From positions 29,637 through 93,636 of the forward strand of contig JAVEWV010000009.1 in the NCBI GenBank assembly GCA_034004365.1: DNA of 64,000 bases. Reading direction: 5' to 3'. Below are positions 20,177 to 33,533 of the stretch, piece after piece; position 1 is the stretch's first letter, and the number at the start of each line of letters is the position of its first letter. Position numbers and translations under genes: made by a program. The notes beneath the pieces are model-generated. The model was given only the letters and a program-made list of their open reading frames with translations. It was not told where the DNA came from and did no database searches. The stretch comes from Phycisphaerales bacterium (GTDB lineage Bacteria; Planctomycetota; Phycisphaerae; Phycisphaerales; UBA1924).

Positions 20177-22462
20177 ATGTCGGGGGACACGCCAGACCAT
20201 GTGAACAATGGCCCACCCATGCCGGACCGGGACGGCGACGCCCCGGAGGGGCGCGTCGGCAGGGATCGTGTGCTGACGCCCGGGGAGCGGCGGCGTACCG
20301 CCCGGTTGCTGGAACTCGCGCAGGCCGAGTTTGGGGCGCTGTCCGAGCCGGACCGGTGGCTTATCCGCTGCGCGGCGCTGGGGGAACGGGCAGACTTCTC
20401 GCAGGATGACGACGGAGTCTATTTGAGGGAGCTTCGTCGGCGCCGGGATCTGCAACGAGAGGCGGACGCGCACGACGACGACGTCCGCGCGGGAAGGACG
20501 CCCGTCGGCGAACGTTCGACGGTCGAGCCGTGGCCCACGCCGCCGGTCCAGATCGACCCGCGCGTGGTCCGCTGGCTGCTGACTGATGCCCAGGCACTCA
20601 CTCTCGTCGACGCTCATGGCATCGATGTCTCGTGCGTCGAGATCGTGGGGCTCCTCGATATGCGGAACGCGTCGTTGCAGCGCGATCTGGGTGTGTTTCG
20701 GAGTTTGCTGCGCACGGGCGCTGACCTGCTGGGCGTCAAGGGCCGCGCGCTGAACTTTGGCGGCTCACAGCTGATAGGGAGGCGCGTGGATGGCGGCACG
20801 CCGTGTGCGCTGCTGGCCGACGGGGCCACATTCTCCGGTGGCGTGTTCCTGAGAAGCGGATTTCGCGCCGAAGGCGAGGTCCGCATGATCGGCGCGAGCG
20901 TGGGGGGCACCCTCGATTGTTCGGGCGGGTCATTCCGAAACCCGAACAGCCACGCGATCAGTGCCGACGGGGCACAGTTCGCGGGCAACGTGGACCTGAG
21001 AACCCACTTCCGCGCCGAGGGCGAGGTCCGCCTGCTCGGCGCGAGCGTGGGGGGCGATCTCATCTGTTTACGTGGGTCGTTCGTGAATCCTGGCAGCATC
21101 GCGGTCAGCGCCGACCGGGCCCAGATCTCGGGCGGCGTGTTCATGAACAACGGCTTCCGCGCCGAGAGTGAGGTGCGACTGCTCGGCGCGAGTGTGGGGG
21201 GGAACCTCGCTTGCTCGGGCGGGTCGTTCGTGAACACGGATGGTGACGCCATAGTGCTCGACGGAGCGGAAATCGCGGGCGGCGTGTTGATGAACAACGG
21301 TTTCTGCGCCGAGGGAGAGGTGCGGCTGATAGGCGCGAGTGTGGGGGTCAACCTCGAGTGCTCGGGCGGTTCATTCGTGAACGCGGCTGGCGACGCGATC
21401 ACACTCGACGGCGCGGAAGTGAAGGGTACCCTGTTGCTTCGTGGGCTCGTGAGGTGCGAGGGAGTCCTAGATCTCACGCGCTCGCGGATCGCCTACCTGA
21501 ACGACGAACCGGGCACCGATGCCGACCGCCCCGTGTGGCCCGAGAAGATCATGCTGGCCGACTGCCGGTACGACGCGCTGCACGGTGGCTCGCCCCTCGA
21601 CGCCCGAAGCCGCCTCGATTGGCTCGACAATCACGATCGAACGATGCGCGAGTACCTTCCGGACGGTCACCCGCCCGACCCTCAGCCTTACCGCCAGCTC
21701 GCCGAGGTCCTAAAGCGTCAGGGCTATGACGATGACGCCCGCACGGTGCTGCGTGTGTGCGCCGCGCGCCGGATGCAGCCGCTTCGTAAGCGTGCGTTCC
21801 GAGAGGGGCCCGCGCGGCCGCGGATATACCTCCTTTGGATCGTCGGGTTCGTTCTCGTGATGATCCTGCTCCAATACCTGATTGGGCGCGAGGGGCTCGT
21901 GCAGCGCTGGTTTGTGTGTCTTTGCATCTCGACCGTGCTGTACCTGCTCCTCGGGCTCGCGCCGGGCGCACAGCGTGTCTTTGTGAACTCGATCGAGTGG
22001 GCGCGGGTCTTCATGACCCAGTTCAGCTATTGGGGGATTGTCGGCCACGGCTACGCACGCTGGAGGGCGGCGCTCTGCGCGTTCGTGATCTTCGCGCTGG
22101 GCACGATCGTCTTCAACGTAAAATCCGACGTGAACATGCAGCCCGCGCAGGCCGTGGCGATGCGGGCGTGGACCATCCGCGCCGCGTCGGACATGACGCC
22201 AGCACAGGATGCCGACACCGAGTGGGTGCTGCGCTACCCGAAGTTTGATCCCGTGGTCTACTCGCTCGACACGCTGCTGCCTCTCGTCAGTTTTCACCAG
22301 GAGGACCACTGGACGCCGTCGGGGCGGGGACGATTGTGGGGGATCTCCTGGTGGGGCTGGTTCGTGAAGAACGTGTACCTGCCGCTGCACATCGCGGCGG
22401 GCTGGGTCATCGCGACGCTCTTCGTCGCGTCGTTCACGCGGCTGATGCGCTCGGAGGGATAG
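20177..22462 (+). CDS. repeat protein (beta-helix-like array) with C-terminal membrane domain
   Basis: 761 aa with no signal peptide. Four 49-aa tandem repeats. The C-terminal third has several hydrophobic helices (IYLLWIVGFVLVMILLQYLI, WFVCLCISTVLYLLLGLA, ALCAFVIFALGTIVF, LPLHIAAGWVIATLFVASF). Confidence 0.7.
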   Translation: MSGDTPDHVNNGPPMPDRDGDAPEGRVGRDRVLTPGERRRTARLLELAQAEFGALSEPDRWLIRCAALGERADFSQDDDGVYLRELRRRRDLQREADAHDDDVRAGRTPVGERSTVEPWPTPPVQIDPRVVRWLLTDAQALTLVDAHGIDVSCVEIVGLLDMRNASLQRDLGVFRSLLRTGADLLGVKGRALNFGGSQLIGRRVDGGTPCALLADGATFSGGVFLRSGFRAEGEVRMIGASVGGTLDCSGGSFRNPNSHAISADGAQFAGNVDLRTHFRAEGEVRLLGASVGGDLICLRGSFVNPGSIAVSADRAQISGGVFMNNGFRAESEVRLLGASVGGNLACSGGSFVNTDGDAIVLDGAEIAGGVLMNNGFCAEGEVRLIGASVGVNLECSGGSFVNAAGDAITLDGAEVKGTLLLRGLVRCEGVLDLTRSRIAYLNDEPGTDADRPVWPEKIMLADCRYDALHGGSPLDARSRLDWLDNHDRTMREYLPDGHPPDPQPYRQLAEVLKRQGYDDDARTVLRVCAARRMQPLRKRAFREGPARPRIYLLWIVGFVLVMILLQYLIGREGLVQRWFVCLCISTVLYLLLGLAPGAQRVFVNSIEWARVFMTQFSYWGIVGHGYARWRAALCAFVIFALGTIVFNVKSDVNMQPAQAVAMRAWTIRAASDMTPAQDADTEWVLRYPKFDPVVYSLDTLLPLVSFHQEDHWTPSGRGRLWGISWWGWFVKNVYLPLHIAAGWVIATLFVASFTRLMRSEG
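20867..21454 (+). repeat. four in-frame tandem 147-bp repeats inside the 20177-22462 gene
   Basis: Units start at 20867, 21014, 21161 and 21308. Each encodes AE(G/S)EVR(M/L)(I/L)GASVGG.L.C.GGSF.N......(I/V)..D(G/R)A......V......F(R/C). Confidence 0.85.
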
Positions 22463-22524
22463 CCGGCGCGTCCGTGGGCGCCAGCGTCGCGCGGGACGGC
22501 CCCGCCCGCCGGTATGCTGCGCGG

Positions 22525-24345
22525 ATGCTCTCGACACTCGCCGCGCTATCGCTCTTCGCGCCCTTGGCACCGCTCCCGAATGTTCCCTCGGTTGCGCCCT
22601 CGACCGCGCTCACGACTGCGCCCTCGATCGGGCCCACAACCATGCCCGCGCCGGCCCCCGGCGGGGCGGCGGGCCGGTTCGCGGTGGCGTGCGTCGCGGC
22701 GGACCATCCCGCGGCGTCCGAGGCGGGCGCGGAGATGCTGCGGGCGGGCGGGAACGCCGTCGACGCGGCGGTGGCGAGCGCGTTCGCGCTGAGCGTGGTG
22801 CGGCCCGAGTCGTGCGGGATCGGCGGCGGCGGGTTCATGGTGATCGTGCTGCCGGACGATCCGGTGCACGGCGGCGCGCGGACGACGATCGACATGCGCG
22901 AGATCTGCCCGCGCGCGATCGACGCGGACACGTTCACGAGGAACGACGTCGCCGACGCGAGCGTGCACGGCGGGATGTCGATCGCGACGCCCGGGAGCGT
23001 CGCGGGGCTGCTGCTCGCGCTGGAGCGGTACGGCACGCTGCCGCGCGAGCGCGTGCTCGAGCCAGCGATCCGGCTGGCGGAGGAGGGCTGGGTCGCCGAC
23101 GAGGCCCAGTCGCGGGTGGCCGCGGCGCAGCGGGAGTGCATCGCCGAGCGGGACGCGCGGGATGGCGGGGCGTTCGATCCGGTCGCGGGCGTGCTGCTCG
23201 ACGGCGTGCGGCTCGGTGAGCGGACGCGGAACCCGGACCAGGCGCGTGCGCTGCGGCTGATCGCCCTGCACGGCGCGAGCGCGTTCTACCGCGCCGATCT
23301 GCCCGAGGGCGAGATCGCCCGCGCGATCCTGTCGAGCGTGCGCGGGGCCGGCGGTGTGCTCGACGAGGACGATCTTTCGGGGTATCACGCGCGGGAGCTG
23401 CCGCCGCTGGAGTGGACGTTCGCGGGGCACGGGTTCGTCGGGATGGCACTGCCGTCGAGCGGCGGGCTGGCGATGTCGGTGGCGATGGGCATCCTCGACC
23501 GGATCGGATTCGTTGGTGGCGCCAGGGAGCGCGGGCTGGACGAGCTGGGCGTGCATCGGCTCGTCGAGTCGCTCAAGCACGCGTTCGCGGTGCGCGCGGG
23601 CTCGCTGGGTGACAGTGACAGCGCGCGGGCGCTGGTTGCGTTGCTTGCGGACGAGCGCTCGATCCGCGACATGGCGGGGCGGGTGGGCGACCATGTGATG
23701 CCGCCCGACATGTACGGCCCGGCCAGCCACGGCGCGGGGCACGAGGACGGCGGCACGAGCCATCTGTGCGCGGTCGATCGCTGGGGCGGCGCGGTCGCGT
23801 GCACGCAGACAATCAACACCGAGTATGGCTCGTGGGTGCTCGTCGAGGGGTTCGGCTTCGCGCTGAACAACGAGGTCGATGACTTCACGACCCGGCCCGG
23901 GCGGCCGAACGCGTTCGGGCTGATGCAATCGGCGGAGAACGCGCCGGGCCCGGGCAAGCGGCCGCTGTCGAGCATGTCGCCCACGATCGTGCTCGACGCG
24001 GCGGGCAGGGTGCGGCTGGTCGCCGGCGCGTCGGGCGGCCCGCGGATCATCTCGGGAACCACGCACGCGATCCTTGATGCGCTCGTGCTCGGCTGGGACG
24101 CGGAGCGGTGCGTCTCGACGCCGCGCGTCCATCACCAGTGGCTGCCCGACGAGGTCGTGATCGATCTCGGCCCGCGATCGACGGAGGAGAGTGTTGCGGG
24201 CATGGCCACGGACCTGCGCGCGCGTGGGCACAGCGTGCGAATAACGCCCGCGTTGAGCGTTGTGCAGATCATCATGCGGCGCGACGATGGGACGTGGGAC
24301 GCGGCGTGCGACCCTCGCAAGGGCGGATCGCCCGCGGGCTGGTGA
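22525..24345 (+). CDS. ggt: gamma-glutamyltransferase
   Basis: Start at MLSTLAALSLFAPLAP (signal-like). AADHPAASEAGAEMLRAGGNAVDAAVA N-terminal GGT signature. Autoprocessing context DGGTSHLCAVD. C-terminal GASGGPRIISG. Confidence 0.85.
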   Translation: MLSTLAALSLFAPLAPLPNVPSVAPSTALTTAPSIGPTTMPAPAPGGAAGRFAVACVAADHPAASEAGAEMLRAGGNAVDAAVASAFALSVVRPESCGIGGGGFMVIVLPDDPVHGGARTTIDMREICPRAIDADTFTRNDVADASVHGGMSIATPGSVAGLLLALERYGTLPRERVLEPAIRLAEEGWVADEAQSRVAAAQRECIAERDARDGGAFDPVAGVLLDGVRLGERTRNPDQARALRLIALHGASAFYRADLPEGEIARAILSSVRGAGGVLDEDDLSGYHARELPPLEWTFAGHGFVGMALPSSGGLAMSVAMGILDRIGFVGGARERGLDELGVHRLVESLKHAFAVRAGSLGDSDSARALVALLADERSIRDMAGRVGDHVMPPDMYGPASHGAGHEDGGTSHLCAVDRWGGAVACTQTINTEYGSWVLVEGFGFALNNEVDDFTTRPGRPNAFGLMQSAENAPGPGKRPLSSMSPTIVLDAAGRVRLVAGASGGPRIISGTTHAILDALVLGWDAERCVSTPRVHHQWLPDEVVIDLGPRSTEESVAGMATDLRARGHSVRITPALSVVQIIMRRDDGTWDAACDPRKGGSPAGW

Positions 24346-24513
24346 ACGGGCTTGGCGGCGTACAGACGATCGGGCCCGCCCCAAACGCGTGGCGCGGCGA
24401 GCTGTTCGTGCCTACCGGGCCGAACAACGACTCGGGCGCGACCCCATGCTCGAGGCCGCCCTGCGGCGATGGTCGATCGACGATATCGCACGCCGCACGA
24501 CGTACGCTTGGCC

Positions 24514-25473
24514 ATGCCTAGCGTCTTCCTCAACGGCCGGTTCCTCGAGCGTGACGACGCCCGCGTCTCGACCTTCGATGCGGGAATCCAGCACGCCGTC
24601 GGGCTCTTCGAGACCATGTCCGGCGTTGTGGAGGATGGCAAGGCGCGGGTGCGGGCGCTCGATCGCCACCTCGCGCGCATCGCGGAGAGCGCACGCGTGC
24701 TCGGGCTCAGCGACGCGCTCGCGACGCACGCGCTCGCCGAGGCGGTGCTGCAGACCATCGAGCACGCCGCGCCCGAGCTCGGGCCGGAGGGGCGTGCACG
24801 CGTCCGCCTGACCATCACGGGCGGTGATCTCAACCTGCTGCAACGCTCGCGCACCACGCCCGTCGATCCGACGATCCTCATCACCGCCCAGGCCCAGACC
24901 GCGTACCCCGCGGCGATGTTCGAGCGGGGCGCGCGCGTCGGCGTCGCGTCGTGGCGCGCGAATCCGTTCGACCCCACCGCCGGGCACAAAACGCTCAACT
25001 ACTGGACGCGACTGCGCGAACTGCAACTCGCCGCGCGAGAAGGGCTCGATGAGTCGCTCGTCTTCCAGATCACCAACCACCTCGCGGGCGGAAGCGTGAG
25101 CAACGCACTGCTCGTCAAGGATGGCGCGATCATCACGCCGATCGCGCGCGGTGAAGAGGCTGATATCGCGCGGACATCCGGTGGCGAGCACGACGCGAAC
25201 GGCGAGCCCGCTGGATCGCCCGGCGCACTCCCGAGCCCGGTCCTGCCCGGTGTGACGAGGTCGCTCGTGCTCGACGCCGCGAAGGAGATGGGCCTGCGCG
25301 TCGAACGCCGCATGGTGTCGATCGATGATGTGCTCGGCGCCGACGAGGCGATGCTCACCAACTCGAGCTGGGGCGTGCTGCCCATCGTGCAGGTCGCGGG
25401 GCACGCGATCGCCGGCGGAGCGCCCGGTCCGATCGCCGCGGCGATGCGCGCGCGATGGGCCGAACTCCTCTGA
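24514..25473 (+). CDS. aminotransferase class IV (aminodeoxychorismate lyase / D-amino-acid or branched-chain type)
   Basis: Start at MPSVFLNGRFLERDDARVSTFDAGIQHAVGLFETM. Catalytic Lys context AGHKTLNYW. LPGVTR motif. The specific subfamily cannot be assigned by eye. Confidence 0.7.
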   Translation: MPSVFLNGRFLERDDARVSTFDAGIQHAVGLFETMSGVVEDGKARVRALDRHLARIAESARVLGLSDALATHALAEAVLQTIEHAAPELGPEGRARVRLTITGGDLNLLQRSRTTPVDPTILITAQAQTAYPAAMFERGARVGVASWRANPFDPTAGHKTLNYWTRLRELQLAAREGLDESLVFQITNHLAGGSVSNALLVKDGAIITPIARGEEADIARTSGGEHDANGEPAGSPGALPSPVLPGVTRSLVLDAAKEMGLRVERRMVSIDDVLGADEAMLTNSSWGVLPIVQVAGHAIAGGAPGPIAAAMRARWAELL

Positions 25474-25506
25474 ACAACACAGCAACCGCGAACACTGCTC
25501 GAGAGA

Positions 25507-25845
25507 TCACTCGCCCCGCGGCCCGGAATCGACCACTCGAACATTCCGCCGGCCCCGCATGCGATCGCCAAATCGCGCGTTCCATCGAGCCCGAAGCCGG
25601 GCCCACGCGATCACGCAGATCGCGAGCACGATGACCGCGATCGCCAGCGGCAGGAACACGAACACCGCGAGCAGGACCCCGCCAACGAGCAGCAGCAGCC
25701 CAACGACGCCCGCGACGATCGTGCCGAGCATCGATCGCGGCGCACCATCGCCCGTTCCAAACTCGACGCGCTCGCTCGTCAACACGAGCACTTCGGGCGC
25801 GTGACGTACGGCGTCTTCGCCCGTATTTTCTTCGGGACCGCCCAT
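25507..25845 (-). CDS. small membrane protein
   Basis: Internal start MGGPEENTG chosen to avoid overlapping the upstream gene. Two hydrophobic helices (IVAGVVGLLLLVGGVLLAVFVFLPLAIAVIVLAICVIAW). Confidence 0.4.
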   Translation of the reverse strand: MGGPEENTGEDAVRHAPEVLVLTSERVEFGTGDGAPRSMLGTIVAGVVGLLLLVGGVLLAVFVFLPLAIAVIVLAICVIAWARLRARWNARFGDRMRGRRNVRVVDSGPRGE

Positions 25846-25897
25846 GCTCCATTGTTGGCGTTGAAGGCCGATGCGTTCCGCGTCCGCGCAAATGGTG

Positions 25898-26650
25898 CTA
25901 GCGACGGCGGCGACGCGTCCCTGCGAGCAGCAGGCCCAGCCCGCCGAGGCCCGCGGTGGTCGGCAGCGGAACGATCGTGCAGCCCCCATCCTGGCAGGTC
26001 ACGAAGTCCTGATGGTTGAGGTTCGAGAAGCCCGCGATCGGCGGGTTCAGGTTCTGCCCGATCGAGTTGAAGATGTTGTTCACGATCGCCTCGACGCTGT
26101 CGGACAGCGAATCGGGATGCACGAACGTGAACGTGCCGCCGAAGAGATTGAGGTTCTGCTGCGGCTGCGCGGGGTTGTAGTCGTACACGATCTCCCAGAG
26201 GGCGATCGCGAACGCCGCGGCGAGATCATCGCTCGCACTGCTGCTGAGCGCGTCTCCGCCGAAATCCGCGAAGATGTCCCGAACGGCGCCTGCGCGCATC
26301 AGCGAGAGGAAGTCTCCGGCGCCCAGCAGGGGGATGGTGTTCACCGCGCCGACGTTGTACCGCCGCGTGCTGCTCGACAACTCCTGCGAGAGCTCGATGC
26401 AGAAGACATTGAACTGCCCGACGTACTGGCTCGCGAGCGGGCCATCCGGATTGGACATGTCAACGACGTACTGCCCGGTCCAGCGCGTGACCGCAGAATT
26501 TCCGAGCTTGAACGTGAGGTTGTGCCCGCGGCCAATGCCAGGCTTGCCCGGCGCCGAAGTGCCGAGCCAACGCACATCGATCGAGTCGGCCGCAGCCCAC
26601 GAACACACACACGCGGTAGCGAGCGCCGAGACCAGTACGGATCGACGCAT
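25898..26650 (-). CDS. secreted protein with PEP-CTERM-like (P-L-P) sorting signal, paralogue A
   Basis: Start MRRSVLVSALATACVCSWAAA (signal). C-terminus CQDGGCTIVPLPTTAGLGGLGLLLAGTRRRRR. Shares FCIE, AAAFAIALWEIVYDYNP and other blocks with the next gene. Confidence 0.7.
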   Translation of the reverse strand: MRRSVLVSALATACVCSWAAADSIDVRWLGTSAPGKPGIGRGHNLTFKLGNSAVTRWTGQYVVDMSNPDGPLASQYVGQFNVFCIELSQELSSSTRRYNVGAVNTIPLLGAGDFLSLMRAGAVRDIFADFGGDALSSSASDDLAAAFAIALWEIVYDYNPAQPQQNLNLFGGTFTFVHPDSLSDSVEAIVNNIFNSIGQNLNPPIAGFSNLNHQDFVTCQDGGCTIVPLPTTAGLGGLGLLLAGTRRRRR

Positions 26651-26925
26651 AAATAACCCCCCAACCACACGCCCAAGGATTCCCCAACTCATTACCGGAC
26701 GCGTACTTGGTATCCTACCTGCATATACCCCGCGAAGCACGCGGGAACCGCCAGATTTATCGGCCCAACTCCCGCGGTCTGGGGATGCTCCCCCAAAGTC
26801 TCGTGGCATCCACCGCGATCGCGCCGTCATCACACCGGACAACGTCGCGCATCTCACGCGGAATGTGAACGAGGGAAAGATCCTGCCCGATTTCGGCGGG
26901 AACTTCGCCTGCTGCGTCGCGGTGA

Positions 26926-27672
26926 TCAGGCCCGACGACGACGCGTCCCGATCAGCCCGAGGCCCACGAGGCCAAGGCCCGCGGTGGTCGGCAGCGGGAC
27001 CGAGGTCATGTCGCACACGCCGTCGGCGCAGCTCGTCAGGAGGTCCTGGGTGTCGTCACCGCCACCCGCGGGCTCGTTGATGAGGCCCAGGATGTCCGAG
27101 TCGCCGCCCAGATCAATCGCGGCGATGAACTGGTCGACAAGGTCGACGATCTGCTGCGACAGGGCGGCCTGCACGAACGCGATATTCCCCGAGAAGATGT
27201 CGACGTTGTCATCGGGCTCGGTGGGGTCGTAGTCAAAGATGACCTCCCACAGCGCGATGTTGAACGCCGCCGCGAACGCGTTGCTCACGTTGCTGTCGAG
27301 CGCCTGCGCCCCGTACTCGGCGAACATTGCCCGCGCCGCGTCGGCGCGGCTGAAGCCCTTCGCGTCCGAAGGCGCCATGAACGGGAGCACCTCCGGCTGG
27401 ATCACGCCGTACTCCGCGTTGCCCGGATCCTCGTTCGGCTCGACGCAGAAGACGTTGTACATCCCGGTGAGCTGCGATCCGAGCGAGCCCGTGCCGTTCG
27501 AGAAGTTCACCCGGAGCTGCCCGAGGTGCCTCGTGGTGCCGCTCCCGAAGAACGTGTACGCGAGGTTCTGCCCGGGGCCGGTGCCCAGGTACGTGACGTC
27601 CACAGTGTCCGCGCACGCCGTGCCGCAAGCGACGATCATGCCCACAACCGATGCACACACACGAGTCGACAT
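26926..27672 (-). CDS. secreted protein with PEP-CTERM-like (P-L-P) sorting signal, paralogue B
   Basis: Start MSTRVCASVVGMIVACGTACA (signal). C-terminus CADGVCDMTSVPLPTTAGLGLVGLGLIGTRRRRA. Blocks FCVE and AAAFNIALWEVIFDYDP match paralogue A. Confidence 0.7.
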   Translation of the reverse strand: MSTRVCASVVGMIVACGTACADTVDVTYLGTGPGQNLAYTFFGSGTTRHLGQLRVNFSNGTGSLGSQLTGMYNVFCVEPNEDPGNAEYGVIQPEVLPFMAPSDAKGFSRADAARAMFAEYGAQALDSNVSNAFAAAFNIALWEVIFDYDPTEPDDNVDIFSGNIAFVQAALSQQIVDLVDQFIAAIDLGGDSDILGLINEPAGGGDDTQDLLTSCADGVCDMTSVPLPTTAGLGLVGLGLIGTRRRRA

Positions 27673-27827
27673 CACACACCCTCCCGTTTCGACATCGCGG
27701 GCACACACCCCGCGCCGATTCTCGGACGCCCCGATTCTAACTCTGGGCTCCGATAAATAAAAGTCCCACCCGAATTATTTTCTGCGATTTGCACAATCCC
27801 CTGACGCGGGGTGTGTATTTGCGCGGC

Positions 27828-27872
27828 ACCCCATATCTAGATGCCATTGCTTCTCGCCTACCCCATATCCAG
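27828..27872 (+). promoter_or_regulatory. two 13-nt direct repeats in the divergent promoter region upstream of dnaE
   Basis: ACCCCATATCTAG (27828-27840) and ACCCCATATCCAG (27860-27872), 32 bp apart start to start. They sit inside an AT-rich island. Confidence 0.25.
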
Positions 27873-27958
27873 CCACTTTCCTGGGGCGTACTCGCCCGCT
27901 ACCTTCTCTGGGTCGCCCCCTTGGGCCGAAGTATACCCAAACAAAATACGGACGCGAC

Positions 27959-32122
<4,164 letters not shown>

Positions 32123-32130
32123 TCGCGAGG

Positions 32131-32778
32131 CTAGTCCTCCATCCGCGGCGAGTGCCCCTCCCACCTGACCCGCAGCCCGTGCTCGATCCCCAGCAGGTCC
32201 AGCACCTTCCCCGCAACGAAGTCCACGATCTCCTCCACCGTCTTTGGCAGCAGATACAGCCCCGGGTTGGTCGGGCAGACCGTCGCGCCCGCGAGCGCCA
32301 AGTGCCGCATGTTCTCGATGTCCACCAGGCTTAGCGGGCTCTCGCGGTGGCACACGATCAGCGGGCGGCGCTCCTTCAGCGTCACCATCGCCGCGCGGGT
32401 CAGGAGGTTGCTCCCCGAGCCCGTCGCGATCGCGCCCAGGCTCGTTGACGAGCACGGCAGCACCACCATCCCATCGTGCAGGAACGAACCCGACGCGATC
32501 ACCGCGCCCACGTCCTTGTTCGGGTGCAGGACGAGACGCCGCGCGATCGAGCTGTCCGCGTCGCACTCCGCGAGCGCCGGGGCGAGCGAGGCGAGGTCGT
32601 AACGGGTGATCCCGCCCTCGTCGTGCAGCAGGCGCTTGCCGTACTCGCTGATGACGACGTGCAGCTCGTGCCCCGCGCCGAGCGTCTGCTCGATGAAACG
32701 CAGCGCGTACCACGCCCCGCTCGCGCCGGAGATGCCCAGCACGAAGCGGCGGGGGCGGGTTGTCGAAGCGTTGCTCAT
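32131..32778 (-). CDS. ubiX: flavin prenyltransferase UbiX
   Basis: Start MSNASTTRPRRFVLGISGASGAWYALRFIEQ (flavoprotein G-x-SGASG motif). Conserved ...VVLPCSSTSLGAIATG...RAAMVTLKERRPLI. Confidence 0.85.
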   Translation of the reverse strand: MSNASTTRPRRFVLGISGASGAWYALRFIEQTLGAGHELHVVISEYGKRLLHDEGGITRYDLASLAPALAECDADSSIARRLVLHPNKDVGAVIASGSFLHDGMVVLPCSSTSLGAIATGSGSNLLTRAAMVTLKERRPLIVCHRESPLSLVDIENMRHLALAGATVCPTNPGLYLLPKTVEEIVDFVAGKVLDLLGIEHGLRVRWEGHSPRMED

Positions 32779-32873
32779 GCTCGGTGCCCACCTGCGGTAC
32801 CCCGCCAGACGCGCGATACTATGGATAACGGCGATCCCGCGGCCTTCGCGGTTCGTCGCAAGGAGGTCCGCGG

Positions 32874-33509
32874 ATGAGGCGTGCGACAGGCCAAGACGGC
32901 CGAATCGGTCGGGCACAACCCGCCACCACGGTGCGAGGCCTCGCCCTGGGGCTCGTGATCGCCCTCGGAAGCGTGATCGGCGGCTGCGTCGGCTTCGCAA
33001 CCTATCCGCCCATCCAGGGCTCCCTCGCGGTCCGCGACCCCAACTCCCCCGCGATGGAGGAGGTCATGCGGGCCGCCCTCGCGTGGACCGTCACGAACTT
33101 CCCGCCCGAGTACGGCTCAAAGGCTCCCTCCGACGGGCCCTACGCGATCAACCTGCCCGAGGGCGTCCGCCGGCGTGTGTACCTGAGCGCGGCCAAGGAG
33201 TTGGGAGATCGCGCCCGCCCCATGACGCCCGAGAGCGAGTCGCTCCCGACGTACCACATCAAGCGGATCCGCATCAGCGAGAACCGCGCCGAGGTCGACG
33301 TGCTCCGCCCCGTCGCCGAGATCGGCGAGTCGCCCCTCGGCGAGCACATGCACCAGCAGATCACGGTGTACCTCGAGGGCGGCTGGAGCCCGTGGCACGT
33401 CGTGCGCCATCGCGCGTGGGCGATCGGCGCCTTCACCCCGCCGCCGCCGTACTACATGCCGATCGACGATCGCACACCGCCGCTGCCCGAGCCCAGCCCG
33501 CGCAACTGA
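32874..33509 (+). CDS. hypothetical lipoprotein
   Basis: 211 aa. N-terminal LALGLVIALGSVIGGC|VG lipobox-like signal. Pro-rich C-terminus. No family recognised and the start is uncertain. Confidence 0.45.
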   Translation: MRRATGQDGRIGRAQPATTVRGLALGLVIALGSVIGGCVGFATYPPIQGSLAVRDPNSPAMEEVMRAALAWTVTNFPPEYGSKAPSDGPYAINLPEGVRRRVYLSAAKELGDRARPMTPESESLPTYHIKRIRISENRAEVDVLRPVAEIGESPLGEHMHQQITVYLEGGWSPWHVVRHRAWAIGAFTPPPPYYMPIDDRTPPLPEPSPRN

Positions 33510-33533
33510 TCGCGCGCCCGCCGCGCACCACGC

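Noticed and set aside
22061-22075. Other TGGCAC-containing strings as sigma-54 promoters, for example TGGCACgacccTGCC near 52066 and several inside dnaE and the 12953-14824 gene.
   Set aside because: They lie inside coding regions and/or have the GC element one position out of register. Only the clpC-upstream site has the correct spacing in non-coding DNA.
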